Origin: an uncultured bacterium
GTDB taxonomy: Bacteria > Chloroflexota > UBA5177 > JANWHV01
Assembly (NCBI GenBank): GCA_963729625.1
Contig: CAVSOU010000007.1
Coordinates: forward strand, 416,001 to 480,000
Length of the DNA: 64,000 nucleotides
Direction: 5' to 3'
In this document: positions 52,036 through 62,910 of the stretch, piece by piece
Position numbering within the stretch: position 1 is the first letter of the stretch
How the letters are laid out: the number at the start of each line of letters is the position of its first letter
Notes under the pieces: generated by a model
The model's database searches: none
Told to the model about the DNA's origin: nothing
What the model saw: only the letters and a program-made list of their open reading frames with translations
Translations under genes and position numbers: made by a program

Positions 52036-52310
52036 CTGCCGCGGCGTGCTCGGTGCCCATGAGCAACTGGCACGGCCGCCAGGTGAGGCGTGTCCGCGAA
52101 CGCCAAGCGGTTCATAGTACCGCAATCTGCCGTATGGTAGCGTAGGTACTCGATACGTGAAGACGCCGCGCGCAGGCGGTGCGGCTGTGCTTGTACAAAC
52201 GCAGGAGGGATGTAAATTAGGGCTTTCGGAGTTTCTACCCGGGTTTCAACTGCTACGGTTCTCATCCGGCCTGTCATCGTCTCGAATCTCTGGTTGCCCC
52301 AGGACTCATT

Positions 52311-53660
52311 ATGCACGTTCGTTTGCTGCAGTTAGCTCTCGTTATGCTCACTTCCCTGCTGTGCGCTCAAGGCTATTGCCCGAACGCGCGCACAGCATTC
52401 GCCGCTGTCGCCTGCTCGACACGGCAAGTCACATTCGCGGGCGCTGGCGATGCCGCTGTTGAGAGCAGCATCACAGCCATAGCGTGCGCCACATCGCGCA
52501 TCCGGTCGCTCCAACCCAAGTCGCCAGTCACGGTACGCTTTCTGGCGGCAGCCGCCCTGCGGACTGCCATCTCCCAGACCGCGCAAACGGAGCTCGCCTC
52601 CGAGTCCGTCGCCGGCGGCGCCGCGGCGTTGCACTTGCTCGGCGCGTTGACGACGCAACAGGATCTCGCGGCGCTCGATCGCGGCCAGTATTCCATTGCC
52701 AGCTCCGCCGACTATGATATGCGCACGAGAAGCCTGTATGTGCGCGCGTCCAAAACCCCCCTCACTCCTCTCGAGCGCGCCGTGATCGCACATGAATACA
52801 CGAAAGCGCTGCAGGATCAGTTCTTTGGACTGAGTGGGCTCCTCTCGAACGCCGAAAGCGCTGGCGGCTACAACACCGACTCCCTGCTGGCGCGGGAAGC
52901 AGTCGTGGAGGGCGATGCGTTTACCACGATGCTCAGCTATGCGGCGTCTTTCAGCCGGCCGGATCAGGTCACGTTCAACCAACAGATGCAGAACTCGGGA
53001 ACCACGATTTCGGACTTTGCGCACGATCGCATCAGTTTCCCCACGCAGCAGGGCACCGTGTTCGTCAGGTACCTGATGACCACCGCGGAAAAAGGGAAGT
53101 CGGGGCAGGCGGCGACTGCCGCTGCGGTTGCCGCGGTCAACCACGCGCTCACCAGTCCGCCAAGCAGCACGCGGCAAGTGCTCAACCCCTCTCTGTACCT
53201 GAAGCACGTGCAGGTGGGCGCGCTGCTGTCGGTTCCCACGATCTCGCTGGGTGCTCAGTGGAAGCGCACCAGCAGTGATGTGCTGGGCGCCTTCGCGGTC
53301 GCCGACCTACTCGGCCAACACCAGGCATCCGGGGCGAACGCGCAGACTGCGAATCTTGCTGCCGCAACGCTGCAAAGCGATCGCTGGTCGATGTATCAGC
53401 GTGCAAGCGATAGCGTGCTCGTGTGGCGTGCCCGCTTCGACTCGACGGCCGGCACTCATGCATTCGAGAAGGCGTTTCTCTCGTATACCGGTGCGCGGTT
53501 CCATGCCACGCTGGCGGCGGCCGCTCCCGTCGACTGGCATGCCGCCGGGTACGCGATGTCGCTCCGAGTACACGGCGCGAATGTCGCCCTGGCGATCGGA
53601 TCGTCACCGGACCTTCAGGTTGAGTGCGAGCAGGCCATTTCGCAGCTGGGACTCAGCTGA
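52311..53660 (+). CDS. Secreted zincin-like protein with degenerate HExxH
   Basis: Signal peptide; AHEYTKALQDQ and VEGDA resemble HExxHALQDQ...EGDA zincins. Confidence 0.65.
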   Translation: MHVRLLQLALVMLTSLLCAQGYCPNARTAFAAVACSTRQVTFAGAGDAAVESSITAIACATSRIRSLQPKSPVTVRFLAAAALRTAISQTAQTELASESVAGGAAALHLLGALTTQQDLAALDRGQYSIASSADYDMRTRSLYVRASKTPLTPLERAVIAHEYTKALQDQFFGLSGLLSNAESAGGYNTDSLLAREAVVEGDAFTTMLSYAASFSRPDQVTFNQQMQNSGTTISDFAHDRISFPTQQGTVFVRYLMTTAEKGKSGQAATAAAVAAVNHALTSPPSSTRQVLNPSLYLKHVQVGALLSVPTISLGAQWKRTSSDVLGAFAVADLLGQHQASGANAQTANLAAATLQSDRWSMYQRASDSVLVWRARFDSTAGTHAFEKAFLSYTGARFHATLAAAAPVDWHAAGYAMSLRVHGANVALAIGSSPDLQVECEQAISQLGLS

Positions 53661-53882
53661 GGCGTGCCGCGGAGCGCACTTCGTACAGCGGGCGCGGGTG
53701 CCGTGCGAGCGCCGGTTTACACCATATCTCGTGGGGCTGGGAGTGCAGGCGGCACAGCGCTCACGCTCCCGGCTTATGTGGGTCCACGGCGATCCGGACA
53801 CGCGGCAGCTATGCCGGCTGTCCTGGAGGCAAGAGTCTATCCCTCCCGCCTCCAGCGCTGGGGCGACGCGTCCGGTCGCGGA

Positions 53883-54041
53883 CTACTTGCTCGATAGAAT
53901 ACGATTCAGGGTCGTGCCGCAGACAGGGCACTTGCCCTGCAGTGCAGGTCGCCCGTTCTTCATCGTCACCTGTTTGGCATCGACAATTGCGCGTTTGGCC
54001 TTGCACTTCACGCAGTACGCTTCGGGATTCTCGCCTGCCAT
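53883..54041 (-). CDS. DUF5679-type zinc-ribbon small protein (52 aa, not in ORF track)
   Basis: MAGENPEAYCVKCKAKRAIVDAKQVTMKNGRPALQGKCPVCGTTLNRILSSK; GGGGAG RBS. Confidence 0.85.
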   Translation of the reverse strand: MAGENPEAYCVKCKAKRAIVDAKQVTMKNGRPALQGKCPVCGTTLNRILSSK

Positions 54042-54467
54042 GCCAGATTCTCCCCCTATCGCCTCGTAGCGATCAAGACTAAGAATAGATGGACGGCTGC
54101 CGTCCTAGGTGCACCGGGACGCACGCGTCCCGGCCAGGGGAAACGCCAGCGGGAAGCCTGCCCCCCGCGCAGTGCCTGTTCCCTGTCCAAAGTGAATATA
54201 GCGAGGAAGCGTGTGCAGCGCACAGCGCGGCAGCAGGAAATAGGCGAGAAAAGCAAGATCTCCGGCTTGGCGTGTGCCGGAACCTGCGGTCTCGATGTTG
54301 ACACCGCTTCGACCTGGGGCTCGAGGATGTCGTGTCGCCGGCTCTGGCTTGGCCTCGGTGTGGTGTAACGGATTGAGATGGCCAAACGTTATTCCTGTAC
54401 AGTAGGACATTGGGTGCAGGGCCTTTGCCAGGGGGCGCGACCGCAAGGCTGTAACGAGGACAGGCAC

Positions 54468-56810
54468 GTGGAGCCGGATGACGTGACATCGCCGCAGGAG
54501 CCCACGCCAGTGACTCGTCGCGTCCGCAAACGCCTGTGGCGTGCGATTCGCTGGCTGCTGGCGATAGTAGCGATGCTCCTCGTTCTGCTGGCGGCGGGCG
54601 TGCTCGCGCTGTTCTGGGTGTATCCCCTGCCCGACAACCTGAACGCCTACCTGCCGGCTCCCAGCACTCGGATCATGGATCGCACCGGCAAGGTGCTGTT
54701 TGAAGTCGTAGGGCCCGGCGGCCGCAGGGTGACAGTAGCGCTGGATCACATCCCGGCCGCGTTGCGCCAGGCGACAATCGCGGCCGAGGACGCGTCGTTC
54801 TACCACAACCCCGGGATCGACGCCGGGGGCATCGTGCGGTCGTTGCTGCTTGACGCACGCCTGCAGACGCCTGCCTATGGCGGGAGCACGATCACACAGC
54901 AGCTTGTCCGCACCATTCTGCTCAGCCCCTCCGAACGCGACCAGCGCACGCTGAGCCGGAAGCTGCACGAGGCCTCGCTGGCGCTGCAACTATCCCTGCG
55001 GATGTCGAAGGACGATGTGCTCGCGCTGTATCTGAACAACGTCTACTATGGGAATCTCGCCTATGGCGTGGAAGCGGCGGCGGAAGCGTACTTCGCGCGG
55101 CCGGTTTCGACATTGGATCTGGCCCAATGCGCCCTGCTGGCAGGTATTCCCCGCGCGCCCACGTACTATAATCCGCTGATCTCGCCGGAAGCGGCGAGAG
55201 CCCGTCGCCGAGCGGTGCTTCGCCTGATGCTCAAGGACCGCTACATAACCGCCACGCAGGACCGGCTAGCCGAGGAGGAGCCGTTGGCATTGGCCGCGAA
55301 CGGCGCCGTCCTGCAGGCCCCGCACTTCGTGTACTACGTGGTATCGCAGATCGAACAGACGTACGGTCACGAGGCCCTCGAGCAAGGAGGGTTGCAGGTG
55401 ATCACCAGCCTCGACCTCAATCTGCAGCGGCAAGCCGAGGCGATTGTCCAGCAACACGTGGCCGCGCTGGGCAAGAACAACAACGTGCACGACGGGGCCC
55501 TGGTCGCGATCGACCCGAGCACCGGGCAGGTCCTGGCGATGGTCGGCAGTGCCGGCTTCTCCGATCAGAGCATTGACGGCGCAGTAAACGTCGCGCTCGC
55601 GCTCCGGCAGCCGGGGTCGGCGATCAAGCCGTTCACCTACGCGGCCGCGTTCGCGCGGGACTACACGCCGGCAACCGTCGTCGACGATGCGCCGACCGCG
55701 TTTCGGACAAAAGAAGGGCTGCCATACGTGCCACAGAACTACGATCTGCTGTTTCACGGCCCGGTAACGCTGCGGACGGCCCTGGCGAACTCGTATAACG
55801 TGCCGGCGGTCAAGGTCCTCGCTCACGTCGGCATGGCGGCCATGCTGGATGTCGCGCACGCCGCCGGCATAACTACAATGAACGACGTGCATCGCTACGG
55901 GCTGGCTTTGACGCTGGGGGGTGGAGAAGTGCGGCTACTGGACCTCGCCGACGCCTACGCCACTTTCGCGACCGGCGGCACGCACCACGATCCGGTCTCC
56001 ATTCTGCGCGTTACAGATGGCAGCGGACGAGTCCTCTACCATTGGCAACCAACCACCGGGCGCAGGGCAATCAGCCCACAGGTCGCGTATCTGATCACGA
56101 GCATTCTCTCCGATAACCTTGCCAGGATGCCGGAATTTGGAGACGGCAGCCCGCTCCTGCTCGACCGCCCGGCCGCTGCCAAGACCGGCACGACAAGCGA
56201 CTTTCATGACAACTGGACCGTGGGATATAGCCCAGACCTCACGGTAGGCGTGTGGGTGGGGAATGCCGATAATACTGCCATGCGTGACGTCTCGGGCATC
56301 AGCGGGGCGGCACCAATCTGGCACGACTTCATGGAGACGGCGCTTCGCGGCATACCGTGGCGCGAGTTCGCCGTGCCGCCAGGAATCGTACACGAGACGA
56401 TCTGCCCAGCCACGGGTCGGCCGCCCGACGCTTCGTGCACGAACCGGAGGGACGAGGTGTTCGTCGCCGGAACCCAGCCGCGCCGCGCGGCTCGCGCGAC
56501 TGCAACGCAAGCGGTCGTGGCATTGGGCGCTCCGCCGAATGGCGCTCAATACCAGATCAGCCTGTCCATTCCGTTGCAGTACCAGGCGATACCAGTCGAT
56601 GTGCAGTCAACTGCCATCGTGGCAGGAAGTTTGGAGATTCTCGTCGATGGGCGCCCGGCAGCACGACTGCCGGGGGAGAATGGGGAATGGTACTGGCATC
56701 TGCAGGCAGGCTCGCATCGCATCCTGGCAACCGGTCGCGATGCATCTGGGCGTCTCGTGCGAAGCGGCGTGGTAACAGTGCAGGTGGAGAAGCCGCAACC
56801 GCCCCCCTAG
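54468..56810 (+). CDS. pbpC: Class A penicillin-binding protein, PBP1C-like
   Basis: AEDASF, GGSTITQQL, RKLHE, SAIK (SxxK), SYN, KTGT, C-terminal beta domain; next to A2M. Confidence 0.85.
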   Translation: MEPDDVTSPQEPTPVTRRVRKRLWRAIRWLLAIVAMLLVLLAAGVLALFWVYPLPDNLNAYLPAPSTRIMDRTGKVLFEVVGPGGRRVTVALDHIPAALRQATIAAEDASFYHNPGIDAGGIVRSLLLDARLQTPAYGGSTITQQLVRTILLSPSERDQRTLSRKLHEASLALQLSLRMSKDDVLALYLNNVYYGNLAYGVEAAAEAYFARPVSTLDLAQCALLAGIPRAPTYYNPLISPEAARARRRAVLRLMLKDRYITATQDRLAEEEPLALAANGAVLQAPHFVYYVVSQIEQTYGHEALEQGGLQVITSLDLNLQRQAEAIVQQHVAALGKNNNVHDGALVAIDPSTGQVLAMVGSAGFSDQSIDGAVNVALALRQPGSAIKPFTYAAAFARDYTPATVVDDAPTAFRTKEGLPYVPQNYDLLFHGPVTLRTALANSYNVPAVKVLAHVGMAAMLDVAHAAGITTMNDVHRYGLALTLGGGEVRLLDLADAYATFATGGTHHDPVSILRVTDGSGRVLYHWQPTTGRRAISPQVAYLITSILSDNLARMPEFGDGSPLLLDRPAAAKTGTTSDFHDNWTVGYSPDLTVGVWVGNADNTAMRDVSGISGAAPIWHDFMETALRGIPWREFAVPPGIVHETICPATGRPPDASCTNRRDEVFVAGTQPRRAARATATQAVVALGAPPNGAQYQISLSIPLQYQAIPVDVQSTAIVAGSLEILVDGRPAARLPGENGEWYWHLQAGSHRILATGRDASGRLVRSGVVTVQVEKPQPPP

Positions 56811-56868
56811 CGGACGGACCGTCACGGGTGTCATTATAGAAACAGCATCGAAAGGATGGTGGTGTTCA

Positions 56869-59800
56869 ATGCGTAACCCGCTTCTTGCCCACTGCTCTCG
56901 CGCCGTCGTTCGACTCTCCGTCGCCGTCGTCTTGCTTGCCGGCACGCTCGGACAAGCCGGAACATCAGCAGTTGCTGCGCCATCGCTGCGTGTGACGAAC
57001 AGCACGCCAGGCGCGGGCGCGGTGGATGTGCCGACGACGAGCTTCGTGTCCCTGACCTTCGACCACACGATGGTCGCCCTGGGGGATGTCGGTGTGGCGG
57101 GAGCTCATGCGCCGGCTACGATCTCTCCGGCGACGTCGGGACAAGGCAGGTGGGTCAATACGAACATCTGGTCCTATCAGTTGCCTGCCGGCCTGGCGCC
57201 CGCTACGCGATATCACGTGGCAACCGCGCGCAACCTCGCGGCTCTTGACGGTTCGACGCTGGCCGTGCCGTATGCGTTTTCATTTGACACGCTGCGGCCG
57301 AACGTACAAACGACGGCGCCGGTGAACAACACGCTCCACGTGCGTCCTGTCGATAGCGTGCAGGTTGTCTTCAACGAGCCGGTGCGCCCGGCCACGGCAG
57401 AAGCGGCCTTCTTGCTACGGGTCAACGGGCACGCAGTGACAGGGAGATTCTCGTGGAATGGTCCCCTGTTGGCCACGCAATCGAACGGCAGCACCGCGGC
57501 GGTGCCGGCTTCCGACTCGGGCGCGCCCGCGCCAGCCAAGAACACCGTGATGACGTTCCACCCGACCAAGGCGTTCCCGCTGGGAGCCAAAGTCGATGCT
57601 TCCGTCGGTTCGGGGGTGCGTTCACTCGGCGGGCCGCTACCCATGGCGTCGGCAGTTCGGTGGCACTTCGGCGTCACCGGGTCGCTTGTCGTGACGGGCA
57701 GCACGCCGGTCAGCGGTGAAACAAACGTCAACACGGCCAACGGGATCACGGTGCAACTCTCCGCACCGGCTGATCAGAATCGCATGCAGAAGGCCATACA
57801 CATCAGCCCGACAGTTGACTACTCCTATGTGTATCTCGACGACTCCGGCACGAAGGTCACGATCAACGGCGACTTCCTGCCATCTACCAGGTACATCGTC
57901 AGTATCGCGCGAGGCGCAATTGGAACGGCCCGACAGTCGCTGTCCAGCCCATATGACCTGGCGTTTACCACGCAGCAGGCATCGCCGAGCGTTTCGCTGG
58001 TGAGCCAGGGACCGGGCGCCATGTACAACGCATATATCGGGGCCAGGGTCTATGCGCGCGCCGTGAACGTGCCAAGCTTCACGCTCAATCTCTACAGGCT
58101 GACGGCTTCCGAGTTTCAGCGATTGCTCGCCAACCCACCCTCCCGATGGGATGGATCTGCCCCAAACGGCGCACCGATGCTTGCAACGTGGCAGATCGGC
58201 TCGCAGGCAGCGCCCAACAAGTCGCTGCTGGTATCCCAGTCGTTGACTGCCAATGGCGCTCCGGTGCCGCCGGGTTACTACCTGGTCAACGCATGGACGG
58301 AGTTGAACGGCGCCGTACCTGCCGACCATCTGCTGATCCTGGTGACGCGCACGTCGGCCACGTTCAAGGTCGGCCAGAATCAGGTTTTCGTCTGGGCTAC
58401 CGATCTCAAGTCGGGAAAGCCCGTGGCTGGCGAGTCGGTTCGCGTGATTGACTCCAACACGTCGCGGGTATGGGCATCGGGCGTCACGAACCACGACGGC
58501 ATCTTCCAGCAGACGGTGCGAAGTGTGGCGGGCACTGACTCCCTGCTCCAACATTCCATGATGGCACAGCTGAGCGATGGCTCCGACGTGTCGGCTTGCT
58601 CGCTCGATTGGAACAGCGGGATCGGGCCATGGGACTACCAGCTGCCGTTCAGCAGCTATCTCCAGCCCATTCGCGTGCAACTGACGACCGAGCGACCGAT
58701 CTACCGGCCGGGCCAGACCGTCTACTTCAAGGGAATTGCTCGTCTCGACGCTGACGGCCGCTACTCCATGCCCGCGGCAGGTACCTCGGCCACTGTGACG
58801 ATTCAGGATCCTCGCCAGGGGACGGTCTACCAGCAACGCCTCCCGCTGGATAGTTTCGGTGGGTTCAGCGGCAAGCTCGCGCTCAGCCCGGCCGCGTCCA
58901 CGGGGTACTTCGATTTGAGCGCGAAGATCGGAGTGAGCAGCGCTGACGTCAGTTTCCAGGTTGCGGCATATGCAAAGCCAAACTACGCCGTGACCGTGAT
59001 CAGCGACCGAGGCGAAAACGCCAACTACACACAGGGCGAGAAGGTCGGTGTGCAGGTTCGCGCGCACTACTACTTCGGCGCGCCGCTCTCGAATGCGCCG
59101 GTCACCTGGGATTTGACGGAGAACGACTTTACGTTCTCCAGCGTTCAGTTCCCCGACTACAGTTTCGGGGACAACGATTATGTGGACCTCATGAACTACC
59201 AGGGATCGAACGGGCAGGAGGTGACGCAGGGGAGCGGCAAGACCGATAGTCACGGTGACTTCCACTTCGTGGTCCCCGCGAACATCAAGGCGACCTCGAG
59301 GAGCCAGCAATTCACGCTGGAAGCAATTCTCACCGGCCCAGACAATCAGCAGGTGGCACAGAGCACGCAAGTCGTGGTGCACAAGTCGTCCGTCTATATC
59401 GGGCTAAAGCCGGCAGGCTACCTGCAGATCGCGGGCAAGCCGAACGTGATCGGGGTGATAAGCGTCTCGGACGATGACAAGCACGTGGCGGCAGGCACGC
59501 CAGTCACGCTCAAGCTCTACAAGCGTGTCTGGCTCAGCAGCTTCGTGCGTGACAGTAGCGGCAACTACTACTGGCAGGACAGCCACAAGGACACGCTTGT
59601 GCGCGTCTCCTCACTGCACACCAATGGCCAGGGCAAGGCCGACGCGCTGATCACGCCGGCCGACGGTGGCGAGTACATCGTGGAGGCGATTGCTAGCGAC
59701 CCAGCCGGACGAACGTCGAGCAGCAAGTTGTCACTCTGGGTACTCGGGACCGGCGAGACGTACGTGCCGTGGCAGCCACAGAACAACGATCGGATCCGCC

Positions 59801-62523
59801 TGGTAGCGGACAAGCAAAACTACAAGCCAGGCGACGTGGCCCACATTCTGGTGACCGCGCCGCTGGCAGGCATGACGGCGCTGGTCACCGTGGAGCGCGG
59901 CACCGTGCTGTCTCACATGCTGCTCACCCTGCCCTCCAACAGCTCGACGATTAGCCTGCCGATCACAGGGCTCTACGCACCCAACATTTTCGTCTCGGTC
60001 ACGCTGGTCAAGGGTCCCGGCAAGGACACCAGTATTCCCGTCTGGAGAATGGGCTACGTCGCCCTTCCGGTGGACGTGTCAGCCCATACTCTTCACGTGA
60101 CGGTTCACGCCTCCGCTAGCAAGGCCGCGCCCGGGCAACGGGTGACCTTTACGGTTCACACAGCGGACAGTCAGGGACGCCCGGTACAGGCCCAGCTGGC
60201 CGTGAGCCTGGTCGACAAGGCCGTGCTGGCCCTGGCCGCGAGCCAGAACACGAGCCTGATGGATACGTATTACTCGCAACGCGATCTGGGCGTGGAGAGC
60301 GCGGCAACGCTCAACCTGTATATCGATCGTCTGAATCTGAATCAGACGGTTGGGTCGAAAGGCGGCAGCGGCGGCGGGGGCGGCCCTGCCGGCCCAACTC
60401 GAGTCAAGTTTCCCGATACCGCGTATTGGAACCCCTCGTTGGTGACGAACGCGGCCGGTAACGCATCGATCACGGTCACACTGCCGGACAATCTGACTAC
60501 CTGGACCTTCAGCGCAGCCGGCGGCACGCAATCGACGCTTGTTGGCGAGTCGACCATGGACCTGATCAGCACGAAGGACCTTTTGCTCGAGGCGGCTTTG
60601 CCGCGATTCCTCACGGTCGGCGACTCGACCATGGGCGGCGCCGTCGTAGACAACCTGACCGGCTCGACGCAGAAGGTGGCAGTGACCTTGCATGCCAGCG
60701 GGTCAAGCTCAGGCACCGACCTCCACGCCGCCGTCAGCGTCCCCGCGGGCGGCTCACAGCTCGTCCAGTGGCCGATCGCGGCGTCCGCGATAGGACCGAG
60801 GACATTTCTCATCTCCGCGCAGGCGGAAAGCAGCGCAGGCCTCGGTGACAGGCTCCAGGTAACCGTGCCGGTACACGCAAACAGCATTCCGGTCACCGCG
60901 GCGACCAGCGGCCTCTTCAGGACATCGGTCAATCAGCGTGTCGTCGTGCCGGCCGACGCGGTGCCGGGAGAAGGTGCGCTCACGGTCACCCTGTATCCAA
61001 CGCTCGTGTCCAGCCTGGGGCCGGCTACGAGCTTCCTGGCTCAATACCCTTATGGCTGCAACGAGCAGATCACCAGCCAGGTCTACGGGCTGGCCGAGGC
61101 CAACCGGCTGCCACGGTCCGTGAGCGGTGTGAATCCGAGTCTCGCCCAGAGCCTGGCGTCAAACGCGCGCGTGACCTTGCAAACGCTCTACAACGACCAG
61201 AACGGCGACGGAGGGTGGGGGTGGTGGCCTGAGGGCATGAGCGACCCCTTCGTCAGCGCGTGGGTGGTCGACGGCATGTTGACACTCCACAGCCTTGGCT
61301 ATCCCGTGGATACCAAGATCTTGAAGCGCGGTACGGCCTTCCTTGCAAGCTGGGCGCTTAAGCCAAGCTCATCGCCGACCTTCAACTACCTCGAGGCATC
61401 CACCTACACGTACGACCTGCAGTCGTACGTGGTCTACCTGCTCGGTCGTGCCGGCACGCCTGATCCTGGCCTTGCCTCGACGCTTTTCTCATCGAGGCAG
61501 AACATCCTGCCATTCGCGCGGGCCTACCTGGCCCTGGCCATCGCCCAGATGTCGGGTACTGGCGACCCGCGTGTGAAAGCGCTCATCGACGAAATAGGGG
61601 GCGCGGCGCAGCAGTTCGACAACCAGGCTCATTGGTCGGACAAATCACCGGACTGGCTGATGATGGAGGAGAGCGTCTCAGCTACGTCGGCCATCCTGGA
61701 CGCGCTGATTCGTCTCGACCCGAAGAATCCGCTGGTGGTGGCCGCCACGAGATGGCTGATGGTCCAGCAGCAGCACCAGGGCTGGTGGGGCTCGACCTTC
61801 AGCACCTCGTTGTCTATTCGTGCACTGGTAGATTATGCCGTGCGCAACCAGCCCTCCGGCGGGCCCAGCGCATTCAGCGTGCAGGTCGACGGCAAGACGA
61901 TCGGTTCGGGTTCCATCTCGGATGCCAATCGGGGCATGCCGCGCACCTTCTCCGTGCCGCTGGCAGCGCTGAAGGCCGGTGGCAGCACGGTGACCCTGCA
62001 GCAGCGGGGCGGAGGCGGACAGCTCGCCTATATCGTCTCGCTCGACACCTACCAGCAGGTCACCAAGGTGGCGCCGGTCGAGCACGGCATCATCGTGGGC
62101 CGGCAATACCAGGCCATAGCGGGAAGCCACAGCCAGGCCGGATCGGATGTGCGGGTGGTGCTGACCGTGACGGCGCCCGAGGATCTGTACTATGTCCAGG
62201 TCGAGGACCCGCTGCCGGCGGGCGCGGAGGCGGTCGATCCGTCGCTGCGCACTACGAGCATCCTGAGCAGCCTCACGTCGCAGACGAAGATCCCGGCCGG
62301 CACGTCAGACCTGAGCTGGTACGTCTCCCACGCGGAGCAGCGTGACGATCGCGTGGCCTTGTTCGCCGACTTCCTTCCCGCGGGCACGTATCAGTACAGT
62401 TATCAGCTGCACCTCACCAGCGCCGGCACGTATCACGACCTGCCGACGCAAGCGCAGCTGCTCTACTTCCCCGATGTTTACGGGCACGGCAGCGGAAAGC
62501 TGTACACAATCACGGCTCACTAG
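56869..62523 (+). CDS. Bacterial alpha-2-macroglobulin with N-terminal Ig-like (Big_5) repeats
   Basis: TERPIYRPG, Gly-rich bait + RVKFPDTAYW, LPDNLTTW, thioester YPYGCNEQ, QNGDGGWGWW, EDPLPAG. Confidence 0.95.
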   Translation: MRNPLLAHCSRAVVRLSVAVVLLAGTLGQAGTSAVAAPSLRVTNSTPGAGAVDVPTTSFVSLTFDHTMVALGDVGVAGAHAPATISPATSGQGRWVNTNIWSYQLPAGLAPATRYHVATARNLAALDGSTLAVPYAFSFDTLRPNVQTTAPVNNTLHVRPVDSVQVVFNEPVRPATAEAAFLLRVNGHAVTGRFSWNGPLLATQSNGSTAAVPASDSGAPAPAKNTVMTFHPTKAFPLGAKVDASVGSGVRSLGGPLPMASAVRWHFGVTGSLVVTGSTPVSGETNVNTANGITVQLSAPADQNRMQKAIHISPTVDYSYVYLDDSGTKVTINGDFLPSTRYIVSIARGAIGTARQSLSSPYDLAFTTQQASPSVSLVSQGPGAMYNAYIGARVYARAVNVPSFTLNLYRLTASEFQRLLANPPSRWDGSAPNGAPMLATWQIGSQAAPNKSLLVSQSLTANGAPVPPGYYLVNAWTELNGAVPADHLLILVTRTSATFKVGQNQVFVWATDLKSGKPVAGESVRVIDSNTSRVWASGVTNHDGIFQQTVRSVAGTDSLLQHSMMAQLSDGSDVSACSLDWNSGIGPWDYQLPFSSYLQPIRVQLTTERPIYRPGQTVYFKGIARLDADGRYSMPAAGTSATVTIQDPRQGTVYQQRLPLDSFGGFSGKLALSPAASTGYFDLSAKIGVSSADVSFQVAAYAKPNYAVTVISDRGENANYTQGEKVGVQVRAHYYFGAPLSNAPVTWDLTENDFTFSSVQFPDYSFGDNDYVDLMNYQGSNGQEVTQGSGKTDSHGDFHFVVPANIKATSRSQQFTLEAILTGPDNQQVAQSTQVVVHKSSVYIGLKPAGYLQIAGKPNVIGVISVSDDDKHVAAGTPVTLKLYKRVWLSSFVRDSSGNYYWQDSHKDTLVRVSSLHTNGQGKADALITPADGGEYIVEAIASDPAGRTSSSKLSLWVLGTGETYVPWQPQNNDRIRLVADKQNYKPGDVAHILVTAPLAGMTALVTVERGTVLSHMLLTLPSNSSTISLPITGLYAPNIFVSVTLVKGPGKDTSIPVWRMGYVALPVDVSAHTLHVTVHASASKAAPGQRVTFTVHTADSQGRPVQAQLAVSLVDKAVLALAASQNTSLMDTYYSQRDLGVESAATLNLYIDRLNLNQTVGSKGGSGGGGGPAGPTRVKFPDTAYWNPSLVTNAAGNASITVTLPDNLTTWTFSAAGGTQSTLVGESTMDLISTKDLLLEAALPRFLTVGDSTMGGAVVDNLTGSTQKVAVTLHASGSSSGTDLHAAVSVPAGGSQLVQWPIAASAIGPRTFLISAQAESSAGLGDRLQVTVPVHANSIPVTAATSGLFRTSVNQRVVVPADAVPGEGALTVTLYPTLVSSLGPATSFLAQYPYGCNEQITSQVYGLAEANRLPRSVSGVNPSLAQSLASNARVTLQTLYNDQNGDGGWGWWPEGMSDPFVSAWVVDGMLTLHSLGYPVDTKILKRGTAFLASWALKPSSSPTFNYLEASTYTYDLQSYVVYLLGRAGTPDPGLASTLFSSRQNILPFARAYLALAIAQMSGTGDPRVKALIDEIGGAAQQFDNQAHWSDKSPDWLMMEESVSATSAILDALIRLDPKNPLVVAATRWLMVQQQHQGWWGSTFSTSLSIRALVDYAVRNQPSGGPSAFSVQVDGKTIGSGSISDANRGMPRTFSVPLAALKAGGSTVTLQQRGGGGQLAYIVSLDTYQQVTKVAPVEHGIIVGRQYQAIAGSHSQAGSDVRVVLTVTAPEDLYYVQVEDPLPAGAEAVDPSLRTTSILSSLTSQTKIPAGTSDLSWYVSHAEQRDDRVALFADFLPAGTYQYSYQLHLTSAGTYHDLPTQAQLLYFPDVYGHGSGKLYTITAH

Positions 62524-62551
62524 CGAACGGGCAGAATGCAGGCCTCCGCGA

Positions 62552-62590
62552 AATCCCGTCTCCCACCCACCCGCGCTGGGAGACGGGATT
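62552..62590 (+). terminator. 14-bp stem-loop after A2M
   Basis: AATCCCGTCTCCCA / TGGGAGACGGGATT, 11-nt loop. Confidence 0.6.
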
Positions 62591-62910
62591 GCGCGCCATT
62601 GGAGTCCTGGCGTCTCAGCTGCCCAGGTCGGGGGGTAGGGTCACGTTGCAGGCGGCACGGTGGTCATGGCCTCCCTGCTTGATGCATGCGCCGAGGCCGT
62701 CACGAGCCGCCCCTGAGCAGCTGAACACCGGCCGCTGCGAGGCGGACCGTGGAGCACCAGAAGATCGGGGTGCGGTTAACCAGCCTTGACCCGCCATGGC
62801 TGAGCTTGCCGTACAATACTCTCGTGGTCAGCTTGTCATTCTCCCATCCATGACCATGAGACAGCGCCACATCGGATGTATCCGGCAAATCCTCAAGGAG
62901 TATCCGCCCA

